The notes: generated by a model not told the origin, from the letters alone. A DNA stretch of 64,000 bases from the human T2T-CHM13v2.0 reference genome, Homo sapiens (GCF_009914755.1 NC_060940.1), one strand, 5' to 3'. Positions 41,666 to 61,600 are shown, counted from the stretch's first letter. Numbers and translations are program-made.

Positions 41666-42654
41666 CTCTTCACTGTTTGTCTTTGCTCAGCCTTATTCTC
41701 CATCTCTCTCCATGTGGGAGGGCAAGTAGAGGCTGGCACCTCCAGATATATATCCTCTCTGTTCAAGAACCACAATAAGTTAATCCCCAGGGAAGATTCT
41801 GATGCCTGTGCCACTCCAAGGTCCAACACTGCTGGGTGGATAGATCCTGATGTTTGACCAGATATGTGCCACTTACCAACCATAGCAGACACTGGCAATG
41901 GCCACCCATGTCCCTTGGACCCTCCCCATCCCATACAAGCTGAAGGCATCCCTCTGCAAGCACCTGCAACTCCCCACCTGAAGGCCTTTTCTCGGCCTCG
42001 GCAAGACAGGCCAGAAGTTCAAGGATGTCAAAGTCCCTGAGAGAATCCCTTGGTCAATGTCAGATGAGTGATGAAAGATAAATATCTCAGTTTTCTCAAC
42101 ACTCAGGTGGGACAATTTGAGGTGTGTTCCATGCCATCAACCAAAGCCCATCAAAAGGACCAAGCCCTGGCTGCCCATAGAAGTAACTTACTCATTACCT
42201 TGCTTTATTCTGGTTTAGATTTCCTTGTCTCATTTTGCCCTGTGATGGTTAATTTTATGTGTCAACCTGACTGGGACGCTGAGTGCCCAGATAATTGGTA
42301 AAACATTATTCTGGGTGTTCCCGTGAAGGTGTTTTCAGACGAGATTAACATTTAAATGGGTAGACGGAGGAAAGCAGGTTGCACTCCAGATGTGCATGGT
42401 CCTCATCCAATCAGTTGAAGGTCTAAATAGAACAAAAGGCCAACCCTTGCCTGAGTCAGAGAGATCTCCTCCTGCCTGAGGGCCTTCAAACTGAAACGTC
42501 AAAATTTTCCTGCCTTTAGACTCAAACTGAAACACAGCTCTTTCTGGATCTCAAGCCTGCTGGTTTTCAGACTGGAACTACACCACTGGGTCTCCTGGGT
42601 CTCCAGCTTACTGACTCATCCTGCAGATCTTAGGACTTGTCAGCCTCCATAATT

Positions 42655-42911
42655 GCATACACACACACACACACATATATATAAAAGTGCATATAGATAC
42701 ATATATGTATGTGAATGTATGTATATAAAAGTGCATATAGATACATATATGTATGTGTATATATATATACACACACATACACACACATATATGTGTGTGT
42801 ACATATACATGTGTGTATATATACACACACATATATGTGTGTGTACATATACATGTGTGTATATATACACACATGTATATGTGTGTATATATACACACAT
42901 GTATATGTGTG

Positions 42912-42974
<63 letters not shown>
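42655..42974. repeat. Complex (CA)/(TA)/(TG) alternating purine-pyrimidine tract
   Basis: Directly visible; second tract at 43123-43189. Confidence 0.95.
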
Positions 42975-43115
42975 GAAGACCATAGAGAAGTCTCTAAGCC
43001 AAAGCTGGGGACAGGGGAATCCTGTGTCTCCTGGGGAGAGGTCTGCTTTAGTGTCCCTGCCATGCTCAGTCATTACCCAGGAGCACCTCATGGAAGGAAG
43101 CATATGGATTCCCCA
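42975..43115 (-). repeat. Inverted copy of 44558-44698
   Basis: 141 bp, 6 mismatches. Confidence 0.96.
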
Positions 43116-43121
43116 TATGCT

Positions 43122-43158
<37 letters not shown>

Positions 43159-43837
43159 ATATGCATATGTGTGTGTGTATGTGTGTGTGCTATTCTATTG
43201 GTTCTACTTCTCTAAAGAAACCTGACTAATACACTCCCATTCTCCTACTGGTGCTTCCCAGAGTCACCCTACAAATAAACCATTACATGGAAATCCTCAT
43301 CACAGGATCTGCCTCTGGGAAAACCCAGCCTAAGACATCCATGACTTTCATAGGAGAAGAAAGAGCTCTAGAATTGGCAGCCTTACTGAACCATGTGGAA
43401 GAGGAAAGGAGACCACCTAAACAAAAGGGTATTAACCAATTAAAATAACCTAAACCCACACTTGTCCAAATTGCTGAGCAAGTGGGATGGAATGGAACAA
43501 CTTTCAACCAGTGTCCAAATATTGCTGTGACTCCTAGACTGGCTTGACACAAAGGCAGTGTCCACCAGCTCTAAACATCCATCTCAACTAAGATTTCTCC
43601 AGGAAGGCTAGAACTGACACCCTCTGCTTAGGTTCTCAGTGACTTCACCCAGCCAGCAAAGGAGCTCTTAGGAAGGCAGACAAGCCCTGAAGTCTGTCTG
43701 CTCAGACTCCAGCTACCTGCTCTATTCCTGCTTTATCAACCTCTAGCTTAGTCGCTCAATCTCCAGCTTTGCTCCTTCCCATTAGATTCTATGGCTGAAC
43801 CTGACTGCCATAGTTTGTTTCTCAGATGAATTTAAGG

Positions 43838-44493
<656 letters not shown>

Positions 44494-44499
44494 AGAATG

Positions 44500-44876
44500 G
44501 GCCTCATCGACCTGCCTCTACTGGGAGTGTAATTAACCAGGGCCCCAGCTGCTGCGCTGGGGAATCCATATGCTTCCTTCCATGAGGTGCTCCTGGCTAA
44601 TGACTGAGCATGGCAGGGACACTAAAGCAGACCCCTCCCCAGGAGACACAGGATTCCCCTGTCCCCGGCTTTGGCTTAGGGACTTCCCTATGGTGTTCGC
44701 ACCCTAACTTTTTTCTCCTCTCTCTTTTACTCAGAGTCAGACTTGCATTACTGTCTCAGGTTCTCCCAGCTTTATGTGGCACCTTCTTTGCTTTCTCTCA
44801 AGGGCATTTCCCTTAATAAAAATCACATATGTGTAAACCTGTATGGGAGTTTGTTTCTCAGAACTGGGCTGACACA
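44500..44876 (+). mobile_element. LTR16/LTR40-family ERVL LTR (donor of the inverted insert)
   Basis: AATGACTGAGCATGGCAGGG...TTAATAAA...CTGACACA. Confidence 0.6.
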
Positions 44877-46033
44877 CCATCTTGCAAACTCTGCTTTCGG
44901 CATTCAGCTCACACTTACTTACACCCTCCAAACTCCAACTATTTAGGGCTAATTCCATTCCAGCTCCCACCCCTTGAATCCCTTCCCCCCTCCCCCCACT
45001 TCCTCCTCCCATTCTGCTTTCCTGGAAACAGCATTTCCACTTACTTTTGAACAATGGTCCTTCCTTCACTGTTCATTCATGGAGTTTGGATAGCACCATC
45101 TTCTAAAGCTAGAGCTGAGCACATGATCAGGACTGACTAATCACCCTCTTCTACTTCCTTAGCCACAATAATTCGTTCAGAGATGGGCACCTGACTCTTA
45201 CAATGCAATGAGAGTCAGCTTCTTATGCCAGTGCTTTTGGCAAAGGTAGGTTCATTTTCCCCTGGGATTACTAAGCTGGTAGGAGGTAAGTCAGCAGCTG
45301 CTGATGGCATAAGAAAAGGGCCTGATAATGAAGCCAACATGGATGAAAAGAGAGCTGAGAAGTAGAGATCAGACAGATTTCAAAGCATATCATTTAAGCA
45401 TCTGGATCCAGCCATACTTGAAGTCCAGTCTATCTGTGGGCTTTGAAGTTGCATGGAACAATAGCAAGATGTAGCTGAGAGAGTTTTGGCTAATATACCA
45501 CCTCACCTCTCATTCAGTTTCATGGAATATAACAGACATTGCCAACTAAAATTTACAAACAGCATTGATATAAAAGCTCCGCCATTTAAAAAAGGAAACT
45601 TTCTATTCTTTCACTGTGTGGCCTTGGGAAATTTCTAATCCGTTCTGAACTTCAGCTTTTTTCCCTCTCAAATGTAGCAAATACAACATAACTTGCTTGC
45701 CATGGAGGGAAATCAGATGCCCTTATCTAGGAAAGTAAAGATAGAGGTATAAAACATTGTTATTTCAAAAAAAAAAAAAAATCCAGCACATAAGTCTAGG
45801 AGCATTGAACAAGGGTCAGATTGCATGGATTCAGATTCCAGCTCCATTACTAACAGGCTGTGTGACCTTGGACAACTCAATTGACCTCTCTGGCCCTCAG
45901 TTTCCTTATTAGTAAGACGGAAACTCCAATCATATCTATTGCACGGGATAGTTGTAGAAATTAATAGATACATAAGTGCTTAGTGCAACATGTGGCACTC
46001 AAAATATGTGTGGTATGATTGTTATTGACACAA

Positions 46034-46462
46034 TGGTTGACCCATGAATGATTGTGATGCCAACCCCCTCACAGTTGGAAATCCACCTATAACTTTTGAC
46101 TCCCCCAAAACGTAGCTACTAATAGCCTATTGTTGACCAGAAGTCTTACCAATAACACAAACAATATACACATATGTTGTATTTTATATGATTATACACT
46201 GTATTTTTACAATAAAATAAGCTAGAGAAAACAATATATGATTAAGAAAATCATAAGGAAGAGAAAATGTATTTATTATTCATTAAGTGGAAGTGGATCA
46301 TCATAAATGTCTTCATCCTCATTGTCTTCACATTGAGGAGACTGAGGAAGAGGAGGAAGAGGAGGAATTGGTTTCGCCGTCTCAGAGGTGGCAAAAACAG
46401 AAAAAAATCCATGTATAAGTGGACCCATGCGGTTCAAATCCATGTTGTTCAAGGGCCAACTG
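46034..46462. mobile_element. Tigger2a/MER28 TcMar MITE
   Basis: TATAACTTTTGACTCCCCCAAAAC...GTTGTTCAAGGGCCAACTGTA. Confidence 0.85.
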
Positions 46463-46976
46463 TATTTATATTACAATAAATGCTGTTAATGTTGTCACTG
46501 TTGACCCTTCTAGTCCATTCCCAACATCACTTCCTACGCCCAGTGGAAAATTCCATCTTAAAATCACCCAGCCCAAGCCCTCTTCAGTAGACTCAGATAG
46601 ATGGCTTGTCAAGGGCATGACTTAACTTCTCCAAACACAACCAGCCCAGTTTCAACTGCCATTTGGGGAACTTTCCCAATTACCACATTTCCGCACATCA
46701 AGTATGAATTACTTTAATTGCCCCAGAAGAACGCACTGTTGAAATATTTGACTTGCCCAGAACTAATTGTCTGTCAAAAAGAGATTTTGCAGCCAAGCTG
46801 ATCTCTTCATTGGACATCTAATTTAACTGAAAACCTTTTTCCCTGCTTGTTTTATGCTTTCTTCTCCTGTTTTTGCCAAATTCTGGATGCTGGGCACTGC
46901 TTTCGGAAATAATTTATCTTGTTATTTTCTATTATAAAAGTAATACATGTTCATTATAGAAAAACTGAAAAAAAAA

Positions 46977-47392
46977 ATTCCAAATGAAGAAAAACAGTTG
47001 ATCCTAGACTCATTGCCCAGAGGAAGACTATGAACATTCCACATGAAGAAAAACAGTGGATCCTAGACTCATTGCCCAGAGGAGGACTATGAACATTCCA
47101 CATGAAGAAAAACAGTGGCTCCTAGACTCATTGCCCAGAGGAAGACTATGAACATTCCACATGAAGAAAAACAGTTGATCCTAGACTCATTGCCCAGAGG
47201 AGGACTATGAACATTCCAAATGAAGAAAAACAGTGGCTCCTAGACTCATTGCCCAGAGGAAGACTATGAACATTCCACATGAAGAAAAACAGTGGCTCCT
47301 AGACTCATTGCCCAGAGGAGGACTATGAACATTCCAAATGAAGAAAAACAGTGGATCCTAGACTCATCGCCCAGAGAAAGACTATGAACATT
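46977..47392. repeat. VNTR, 7 x 59 bp, within an L1ME relic
   Basis: Unit ATTCCA(C/A)ATGAAGAAAAACAGT(G/T)G(A/C)TCCTAGACTCATTGCCCAGAGGA(A/G)GACTATGAAC. Confidence 0.97.
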
Positions 47393-47838
47393 TTAGCACG
47401 TCTCCCTCCCAGGTTTCCTAGAATAGATGTCTGTACATAGTTAATAAAAACATATATTCAAGTTTTGCAGCTTTTTGTTCCACTTTACATTTTAAGTTGA
47501 ACGTTTACACTTCCCATTCCAAGATCTTCAGAAACATGTTTAGAAACAGAAGAGTATCCCAACAACAGTCTGTTTAACCTCTTCCCCTAATGCTGAACTA
47601 TTGTTGCTTTAAGAATACATTTTCTGTGTGTGTTTCAGATGTAGTTTCCTTAGGAAAGATTCTCTATGCTGTGCAACAATTCCCCATGTGTCTCTTACAT
47701 TTCTGCACATCTTGTGTCAGCTTTTGTTCTAGACCGTCTTTATAAGGATGTTTGTATAGCTAATAGCATTAGAAGATAGGGCTAGTATAGTAGAAGACAG
47801 ATTTATTTGCTGATTAGGATTATAATAATAATATCTCT

Positions 47839-48168
<330 letters not shown>

Positions 48169-48295
48169 AGGATTATAATGACAATGTCTCCCTCCATCCA
48201 GGGTAAAGGTTGAAAAGACCAAGATTCCTAAACTTGGGGTTCCTCAGGTGTGATGCAAATCCACTGCAGGCACAGATTCTACCTGGATCCATCCA

Positions 48296-49266
<971 letters not shown>

Positions 49267-50724
49267 ACCTGTGTCACCCTTGAGGGACTTGGGGGTCAAA
49301 GGGAACTGGTGCAGACATGAAGCTCAAGCTTCCTGTTGTGCCATGAAAAATAAAGTCCTTTATCTCTCAATCCAGAGTCTCATGTCTTCTGCCCACATCC
49401 ATAAAACTCACTAGCCTCCATGTAGGATAATATCTTAGACCAGCACAGTTCTTGACACTCTAGAAGTGAATTTGTTGGATCAAAAAGCATGAACAATTGC
49501 TAAAACTCTTAATATGTCTTGTCAATTAGCTCTCCAAACAAATGAGTCATTGCCTGAAATCTCTTTTGTCATCAGGAAGGGATAGAGCTGCTTGACTCAG
49601 ATCTCCCAGGTGGCCTTAGACCGTAATGTCTTCCTTTCGTGCAGAGCTCTTACCATCCTAAGCCACTACTCCTACCTAATATTCTATAAAAAGCTTTTTC
49701 TCCCTACCCAGTGTCTCCAATGAGCTGACTTTCTTTTCTGGATTACTCTTTTATGTAATAAAAAGTAGACATGAGGGTCAAAGGGAAAAAGGGGAATTTG
49801 TTTAATTTCTACCAAGTGCCAGGCATAGTACAAAGAACATTTAGATAAGGCAGAAGGCATTAATTATTTTTATCTACCCAGAACCCCCTGCCCCACCTAA
49901 GCACCCCAGCCCCTGACCTGGCCACGTGGGTGGCTATGTGACCTGAGCTGAACCAATCAGAGTCCTTCCCTGGGATTTTTTTCACATCATAACCACATGA
50001 GAAGGTCTCCCATTATGAAACAGAGAAGCTTGTTGGCAGCCATGGTTCTAGCCAAGGATGGAAAAAACAACCAAAAAAAGAAAAGAAACAAAAAAAAACC
50101 CACCATGGTAAAAAAATACATATATAAAAATAAAAAAGATATGACAGACAGACAGACATGGGGAATGGTCTCTTTCCAGTTGCCCCTGCCACTCAACTGC
50201 TCTCCTACCTTCCTGGATTTGGTTATGAGAGTCAATAAATTATCCCCTTTTATTGCCTAAATGACTTCCATATGAGTTTCTGCTCCTTGCAACCAACATA
50301 ATCTTGACAATTAATAGTAGCTAGCATTTTGTGAGTGTTTACTGTGCCATGCCCATTAATACACCTAATCCTCTCTACAATTGGACAGGTAAGGTGCTTT
50401 TAGTAACCTCCAATGTACAAAAAGGAAAACAAGTTGGGTGAAGTGAAATGACTTGCTCACAGTCGCTGGGCTAACAAGGGGGCAGAGTCAAAGTTTAAAG
50501 CCAGAGCCCATACTCTTCCCTATTGTATAACACAGACATGCTGTCTCTGTTCCCAGTGCTGGGGAATGCAGAGAACTGGGGACTGAAGGAAGAGCAGGCG
50601 TTCAGGTAAGCATTAATCAGGGGACCTTCCACAAGGGAAAAGGGAGTACTGGCCCAGTTGAAGTCCAGCCAGCACTCAGCATGGTCAAGGATGGGGTGGT
50701 GCTCTCTCCAGCCATTCAAGGTGC

Positions 50725-51184
50725 TGAGAAAAGAACAGAACTTTCATCTGAGGAATACAAGCCTTTTAAATTATTAGGCCCAGAGAGGCAATAGAATGAG
50801 ATAGCAATCATGTCCTACATACCCCCTTTGAGCTCGGTATTCATTTCTTAAAACTGCTTGCCATTGCCACAAGTAGCTATCAATTAATCTAATAATGCCC
50901 CACTGGATGCTATAACCCACACCTTATAGCTTAACAATGTATAGCCAATCACTCGTCAATGTTATTTCTGAAAACCAGTGAGAATTCCTGACAACCAACT
51001 GTGTACCAGCCCACTCCATGTCCCCCTTTTTTGCCTTTATAAATCCACTTGTAACTGCTGCTAATTGGAGTGTATATTCAGGGAAACTTGAATCTACGCT
51101 CCCTGGCTACAGTCCTCAAGCTTGGCCCAAACAGAGTCTTTACTTATATTAATTTTGCCTCAGCTTCTTCCTTTTAGGTTGACA
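50725..51184 (+). mobile_element. ERV1 LTR (MER65-like)
   Basis: TG...CA termini; 4-bp TSD GTGC. Confidence 0.7.
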
Positions 51185-51185
51185 G

Positions 51186-51960
<775 letters not shown>

Positions 51961-52456
51961 TACAGTAATCCATCACCACTTATGACAGGCTCTGCCACAT
52001 AGTAGGTGTGTGTGCACACACCACACACAATCATGTTTAGAATATGAAATCCGTGAACCCTACTCCCACACTGATAACAGTTCAGGAACAGTTGATTTTT
52101 CCTCAGGGAATCTGGTTTGTTTTCCTAGTTTCCATCCCATCAAGACCCCTTCCCACCTGCTGGGAAATACTTGCCTGAACCCCTCGTTCCTTTCACAACA
52201 CACACCTGATGGTAGGAAGAAGCTTCCAACTCTGATATTGACAGGGTGCTTGTAACCTAGCACCCTTTCTCCTACCTTGTTATGGAAAAATAAATCCTTT
52301 ATCCTATTTCAACTACAGTCTTGGCAAAGGAAAAAACAAAACAAAAAAGGAAACCAGCCTAGAAATGGAAACCAAAGATCATGAACAGTGCTATGCTGAG
52401 TTACAGCTAAGGGTTGGCCTTTCTGGAGCTGGCTGCCTTCAGATGGCAGGGCTCTG

Positions 52457-52459
<3 letters not shown>

Positions 52460-52500
<41 letters not shown>
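52460..52500. repeat. (GT)n microsatellite
   Basis: About 20 units. Confidence 0.97.
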
Positions 52501-52501
<1 letters not shown>

Positions 52502-52759
52502 CAGAAGCACAAGATGACACACCCTGTGGTGGGGTCAGGCAAGCTGATTGTGGGAAAGGTGGGAACAGAATATTTTACAACAATGTTGGAAAAATGGGTT
52601 TACGTTCTCTGAGAGGAAGATACCCAAAGCTTCAAGCTCACCTCAAGGGAAAATTGAGCTAGGTTCCCATGCTCTCCACTTGGATCTCACGCACATGAAC
52701 ACACATACAACCTTCTCCTCAATATTCACAAGAGGCCTCTGTTGTCTGCTTCTCCAGAG

Positions 52760-53437
<678 letters not shown>

Positions 53438-54225
53438 GCCAAAATGATATATCCTTTATGATATTTATAGAGACGTTCTGATTATTTCTGAACATCTCAG
53501 ACTTTCTGGAACCAAGACAGGTTCAATTATGAACATCTGTTGTCTAATTTTAAAGACCAAGGGGGAAGCCGGGTCCTTATGAAGGCCATAAAGGCTCCAA
53601 GCTAGATGGATATTGGGGGAGTGGGTTAGCAGAGATGTCCTAAAACAATGTATTACACTAATGGGAAGAACAAAAGGTAAGTCTAATCACAGATGTCTTG
53701 GTTTTCAAGCTAGTCAGACTTCAGATAACTGTCAAATCTTCAGCCATAAATCGAAAGTGGAGGAGAATTAAAGACCCATCCTTGTTTGCTTACAGAATTT
53801 ACTTAATTTAGCCACTCTATCCTTAATTGATAGCAACAGGTTTTTTCAAAATAGCCAAAGTAATCTATGCTTTGCTACATAATAGCAAAAGTAATAGCCA
53901 ACATACATCAACACCTACTATGTTATACCCTTGACAGGTTTTCCTATTTTAGTAGTCAAAGCAATTTCATGGAGTAGCAATTACAGTTGTAATTTCACTA
54001 GTGAGAATGCAGAGTGAGGCTCAGAGAGGTTAAGGAACTTACCCAAGGTCACACAGCTAGTGAGTGGAGAGTTGGAATTTCATCTCTCTGATTTTAAAGT
54101 CTGGGCCCTTTCCTCTACTGCCTCTCTCTGAACTCAATGACACATCCTAAGTAAGTAAGGGCTTCTACACAGGATGGGTTAGACTATGCTGCAGTAACAA
54201 ACAACCCCTGGATCTCAGGAACTTA

Positions 54226-54537
<312 letters not shown>

Positions 54538-55633
54538 TTCTAGAAATAACTCCAACCTTATTTTCTTGAACACGACTCATCCTGACCCTCCAGCACTCCA
54601 TTGATCTGGGCTAAATATATGGAATCCTGCAGATGAAGACACCAGCACCCAAAGCTAATGGGACACAGAAAACAGAGGCCACTCAAATAAATGTCAGCAC
54701 TCCTAGTTACTGAATACTCTGTGTCTGGCAAGTTTCATCATTAGTCAGTTATTCATTCACTCAATCAACAACTACTTACTGAGTTAATATAGCAGCATGG
54801 TTATGAGCACAGACTCTGGAGCAAGAGGTCCTAGGTTCAAATCCCAGTTACCCTGCTTATCAGCTAAATGACTTCTCAGTGCCTTGGTTTCTCCACCCAG
54901 AAAAATGGGGATTATAATTAATAATTGCCTACCTCATTGGGTTAAGTGGATAAACTAAGAACAGTGGCATGCCCATATGACATGCTCTATAATTTTTATT
55001 ATCACTGTGTGCCAGGCATTATTCTATATGATGGAGGATGCAGCTATGAATAGGGCAGACAAGGTGCCTGTCTTTACAGAGCTTCTATTCTAGTGAAGGA
55101 GAGAGGCTTTATTAGCGAGTAATCCTTGATCGAGCCATACCTGAAGCTAACTACACATCCTTCAACCTTCCAATTTCCCCAGGCATTAAGTTCTTTTTTC
55201 TTTTCTGCCTAGGCTAGCTTGCACTGAGTTTCTCTCCCTTGTGAACCAAAGTGTCCTGACCAGTACAGAGGTCTAAAGCCTAAGCTCTTTCCAGTCTGCC
55301 CCTTGCCCCTTTCCAGCTGAAGCCCTATTCATTTGCACCCAACATCATCATTGCGTCCAGTGCCTCACCACTTGGTGAGACCCTTGAATATTCAAACCAG
55401 CGTGTAAGCAGAGAGTTAGGAACTATAAACAGTAAATTATAACAAGCATGAAGTGGAAGCCTGCTGCTGATCATTCGCAAGAGAGCAATCAAATCTGTCT
55501 TGGTGCCTACATGTTTTATGGAAAACATGTCTATGTTTTAAAAGTGTTTTTGAAATAAAAAATAATTTACTAACTAAATTAGATTTCCACATGTTTTATC
55601 TAGTTAACCCATCCCTTATCATAAGAAACGTAA

Positions 55634-55952
<319 letters not shown>

Positions 55953-56361
55953 AGAAAGCTAACTTCTTAATTGCAAGCTACTTTCATCAATATAATGCAT
56001 TTGTCTCACTCCTTAAAGGACTCCTGTCACAGTGAATTGGCAAAGAACTGGTCAGACACAAGAGGCAGTGGAGTATTAGTAAAATACACGTGGATTTGGA
56101 GTCAGACCTTCCTAGGTTTAAATGCTGGTTTTATCGCATACTAGTTGTATGCCTTCATCGGGGTTTCCCAAGAATCAGACCCTGAGACAAGACTCCAAGA
56201 GTAAGTCATCTATGTGGGAGGTAAATGAAACATGACACAGGAAATGAAATAGGTCAGGGAGGCAGCCAGTAAAGGGCATATTATAAAACAAGTTACCACT
56301 TGGGACAATAACTGGAGCTTAAACTTGCTGGAAAACTCTAGGATACACTGTAGAACATCTC

Positions 56362-56530
56362 TAGCAATGTGCTGGTAGATGTTTAACAACCAACACTGCA
56401 GAAAAATATTAAAAGCCCAGATTTGTAGTGTCTGCCCATATCCATGGTGTAAATCCTCCCACCATGGCTGATTTCACACTACCTTGTCCCTGAACAAGGA
56501 CTTGGGGAAAGATGCACATACCAGCTCTTG
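56362..56530. mobile_element. MER63A MITE inside an ERVL LTR relic
   Basis: GTGCTGGTAGATGTTTAACAACC..GGTGTAAATCCTCCCACCATGG. Confidence 0.8.
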
Positions 56531-56707
56531 CTTCATAGTTATCTGACCTAAGGGGTGAGGGAGATGGGGTAGTTATCCACTTACACCAACTCTCATCAGT
56601 TCCTGGTGGAGGGATGCTCCCAGGGCAGGTGTTGATTCCTCCAAGACTTCCAAGCCATCATACGGGTGGGCAAAGACAGTACAACCAGAAAAAGACCTCA
56701 GAAAGAG

Positions 56708-57020
56708 GGCCAGGCATGGTGGCTCATGCCTGTAATCCCAGCACTTTGGGAGGCCAAGACAGGTGGATCACCTGAGGTCAGGAGTTCGAGACAGCCTGGC
56801 CAGCATGGCAAAGCCCCACATCTACTAAAAAAAAAAAAATAGCTGGGCATGGTGGTGCATGCCTGTAATTCCAGCTACTCAGGAGGCTGAGGCAGGAGAA
56901 TTGCTTGAACCTGGGAGGCGGAGATTGCTGCGAGCTGAGATCACGCCACTGCACTTCAGCCTGGGCGACAGAGTGAGACTCCATCTCAAAAAAAAAAAAA
57001 AAAGAAAAGAAAAAGAAAAA
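56708..57020 (+). mobile_element. AluS
   Basis: TSD CCTCAGAAAGAG. Confidence 0.95.
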
Positions 57021-57179
57021 GTCCTCAGAAAGAGAATGCAACTACATTTGGATGGGTCAGTGGATGCTTAAGAGGTAAAGGGTTAGAAGATACAAGGGAA
57101 GCACTGAAAGCATCTGTTACTCTGTGCAATTGTGAAAACGTTATTTCATTTCTCTAGGCTTCCAATATTGCATTGGTAA

Positions 57180-57700
57180 GATATGATTCATTGAATCTTC
57201 CAACAAATATTCATGGAGCACTTAGTATATACCCGGCAATCTTCAGGCCACAGGAAACAGAATGTTGAGTTACCATGACAAAGTCACTGTCACAGAGCCA
57301 GTGGGGAAAGCAGCCTCTAAACATGCCACCCAGTAAGTAACAAAGATCATTTCAGGAATGGTGAGGACTATGATGTTAGAGAGGGTGATGGGAGGGAGAA
57401 TAATGTAGCGGAGAGGACATGAACGGGAAAATCTTTCTGAAAGGGTAACGTGTAAGGTGAGGCTCAACAGATGAGAGGAAATGTGTTGTAAAAAGATCTG
57501 GGAGCAGCATTCCAGGTGGAGGAAACTGCATGTGCAAAGGCCCAGAGGTGGGAAGGAGCTTGGCTTGTTCATGGAAAAGAATGGAAGCCAGTGTGTCTAG
57601 ATCAAAATGAATCAGGCAGAAGGTAACCAGGAAACAGAGTGGAGAGGCAGGCAGGAATCAGTGTCTGCAGTGCGTGCTCAGCATCATAAAGGGTTTGAGT
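57180..57700 (-). mobile_element. L2 fragment
   Basis: GCATTCCAGGTGGAGGAAACTGCATGTGCAAAGGCCCAGAGG. Confidence 0.8.
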
Positions 57701-58469
57701 AGTAACACAACCCTGAAGAGTTGTTAAATGAGCTCCCATGCATGTAACTGGCATTACTCATGTTATTAACCTGGGAAACTGTCACGTCTCTTACTTTTCC
57801 ATTTAATCTCATGCCCATCCTCTTTGCTCACAGGAGCCAAGAAGTCCAGTATCTCACTCCACATCTGCCTTCTCGTGGTCCAACACTCTGCCGACTCAGT
57901 TAATCCAAAGATCACTTCCAAACTTCAGGCTGATGGAAACCTGAGGAGTCGGATCCATTCATAGGCAGCCCCATTTTCACCTTCCCTTGTCCCCGAGGCT
58001 GCCATTAGGTTGAAAACCAGTCTGGTACTGTCAGCGTGTCTTTGTCTACAGCTATGAAAAAGTCCACATAGTCCAGTCTCTACATAGGGCACAATGATTC
58101 TCCTCTACATCTCAGCTACCAGGAACCAGCTTGTCGAACACACATGCAAACATTCAAACCCTTCTCAGGTTCCCCTCTAGGGCCTTCAGGGACTTATCCG
58201 GCATACCTGAGGTTGGGGCCATTGCAATCTATTCTTAGTCTAGTGTTAAGCCGGGTCAACAGCGGAGATGCTCCTTCTCCTTGAACTAATTTTATTTCCA
58301 GAGTTTCATTTTCCTTCCCTGCAACATTAGGCACCATTTGGGGATATTTTTATCCATCCATATGGATTTCAAAATCTCATAAAGAAGGAGCTGGGAGAAG
58401 AATGAGGAATCACTGATTTTAATGACTGTATTTGTTGATCTCTTACTCCATTCCTGGACCCATGTTGAA

Positions 58470-59447
<978 letters not shown>

Positions 59448-60459
59448 ATATATGTTCTTTCATCATCACCACATCATCTAATTTTACAGATGAGAACACT
59501 GAGGCTTGGGGAGATATTAAATGTCTTATCCAGATTGCATGCATGTAAGTGACATAAGCATGATTTGAAACTAAGCAATCCAACACGAGAGTCCTAGGTC
59601 TAGAGCCTCTCTGACCTGCTTTCTACCTAGAAATTATCTGAGTTCTTTATGCAAATTGATGCACTTTTTCATCCCTTTGGTCTCTTGAAGTGGCAGCTTT
59701 TGCTGCACCCAGTTCTCACAACAACTTGCAAAGAGGATCAACACACACGACTGATCACGAGATAAAGGAAGTCTGAAGCAGTCCCCACCAAACATGCAAA
59801 TTCAATGAATGAAGATCCATTTCTTGCAGCTTTCTGCTTTGCATAATAACATTTGGCTGTGATGATCTATTATGACACTAATCCTTGCACAGCCCAGAGA
59901 AGATGGGCAATAGTTTTCTGGATGTCAGTGGGACTCTGGCACAAGGGCCAGCCAATTTTGGTGAGCGCAACAGGAAATTCTTTGCAATGTCCTTGTGAAT
60001 CTGAGGTTACAAAGACTGGCTCAATCTGTCACAGGAAGCATGCTGGAATGCCTTTGTCCTTCTTTCTAGTTTTTCTTTCTTTCTTTCTAATAATTCTCAG
60101 TGTGGGAGAATATTATTCTTTCTAATAATTCTCGGTGTGGGCTTACATCCTTTGCTTTGGGGAAGGTTTCTATCATTAGACCTCTCTTTTCCCCCAACCA
60201 TCCAGCTGTGAAGCGGTTCACTGCGGACCCAACCTCTGGCATGACTGTGGATCAGCAGCACCAATGCCATGAAGACTGCAGACACACTGGAGAACCAAGG
60301 CTAATTCCCTTAGCCATTGAGCCTCCGCTTTCCATCCATGAAATGACTCTCAAAATGCCAGCTTGGGCTATTGCTTGCTTCAGAGCACCTAAGAGCATCT
60401 GAACAAAAGGAATATCTTTTTCACAGATGTAAATGAGGAAAGCGAGGATTATACAGTAG

Positions 60460-60973
<514 letters not shown>

Positions 60974-61099
60974 TGAAACACTACCAGGAGTAAAGATTCA
61001 CAAGGCATGAGTTGCCACAAGGCAGTATAGCATGGTGGTTAGGAGGTTAAGCTCTTAAACCAGATTATTTGGATTCCAGTATAACCCCAGGAAACTTAA

Positions 61100-61443
61100 C
61101 TTTGTTTTGTGGTGTTGTTGTTTTGTTGGTGTTGTTGCTTGGTATTTTGTCTAATTTTTAGAAACAGGGTCTTGCTCTGTTGCCCAGGCTGGAGTGCAGT
61201 GGGCATGATCATAGTTCACTGCAGCCTTGAACTCCTGGGCTTAAGCTATCCTCCTGCCTCAGCCTGTGGAGTAGCTGGGACTACAGGTGTGCACCACCGC
61301 ACCTGGCTAATTTATTTAATTTTTGTGGAGACAGGGTCTTGCTTTCTTGCCTCAGCTTGTCTCGAACTCCTGACCTCAAGCAATCCTCCCATCTTGGCCT
61401 CCAAAAGAGCTGGGATTATAGGTGTGAGTCACTGCGCCCAGCC
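61100..61443 (-). mobile_element. AluJ inside a MIR
   Basis: Full dimer. Confidence 0.92.
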
Positions 61444-61600
61444 AATTTAAATTCTTTAAGTCTCAGTTTTTCCATTTGTAAAATGGGCATAGTAATAGTA
61501 CATTTGTCACAGAGTTGGTTTGTGATAGGATAAGGTGATGCATGTTCACTAGAAATGAAGAGAGAAGGGTTATGATTCATTGAAAAGAAAGAAAAACCTA

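Larger units (their letters stand above)
42241..43232 (+). mobile_element. MLT2C/B-like ERVL LTR with expanded microsatellite and inverted insert
   Basis: TGTGATGGTTAATTTTATGTGTCAAC...CCTGACTAATACA. Confidence 0.88.

Noticed and set aside
42608-43229. Long VC/HT/YI-rich ORFs
   Set aside because: Translations of dinucleotide microsatellite.
46977-47392. CRISPR-like array
   Set aside because: Contiguous near-identical units without unique spacers, in eukaryotic DNA with no cas genes; the same applies to 1818-3002.
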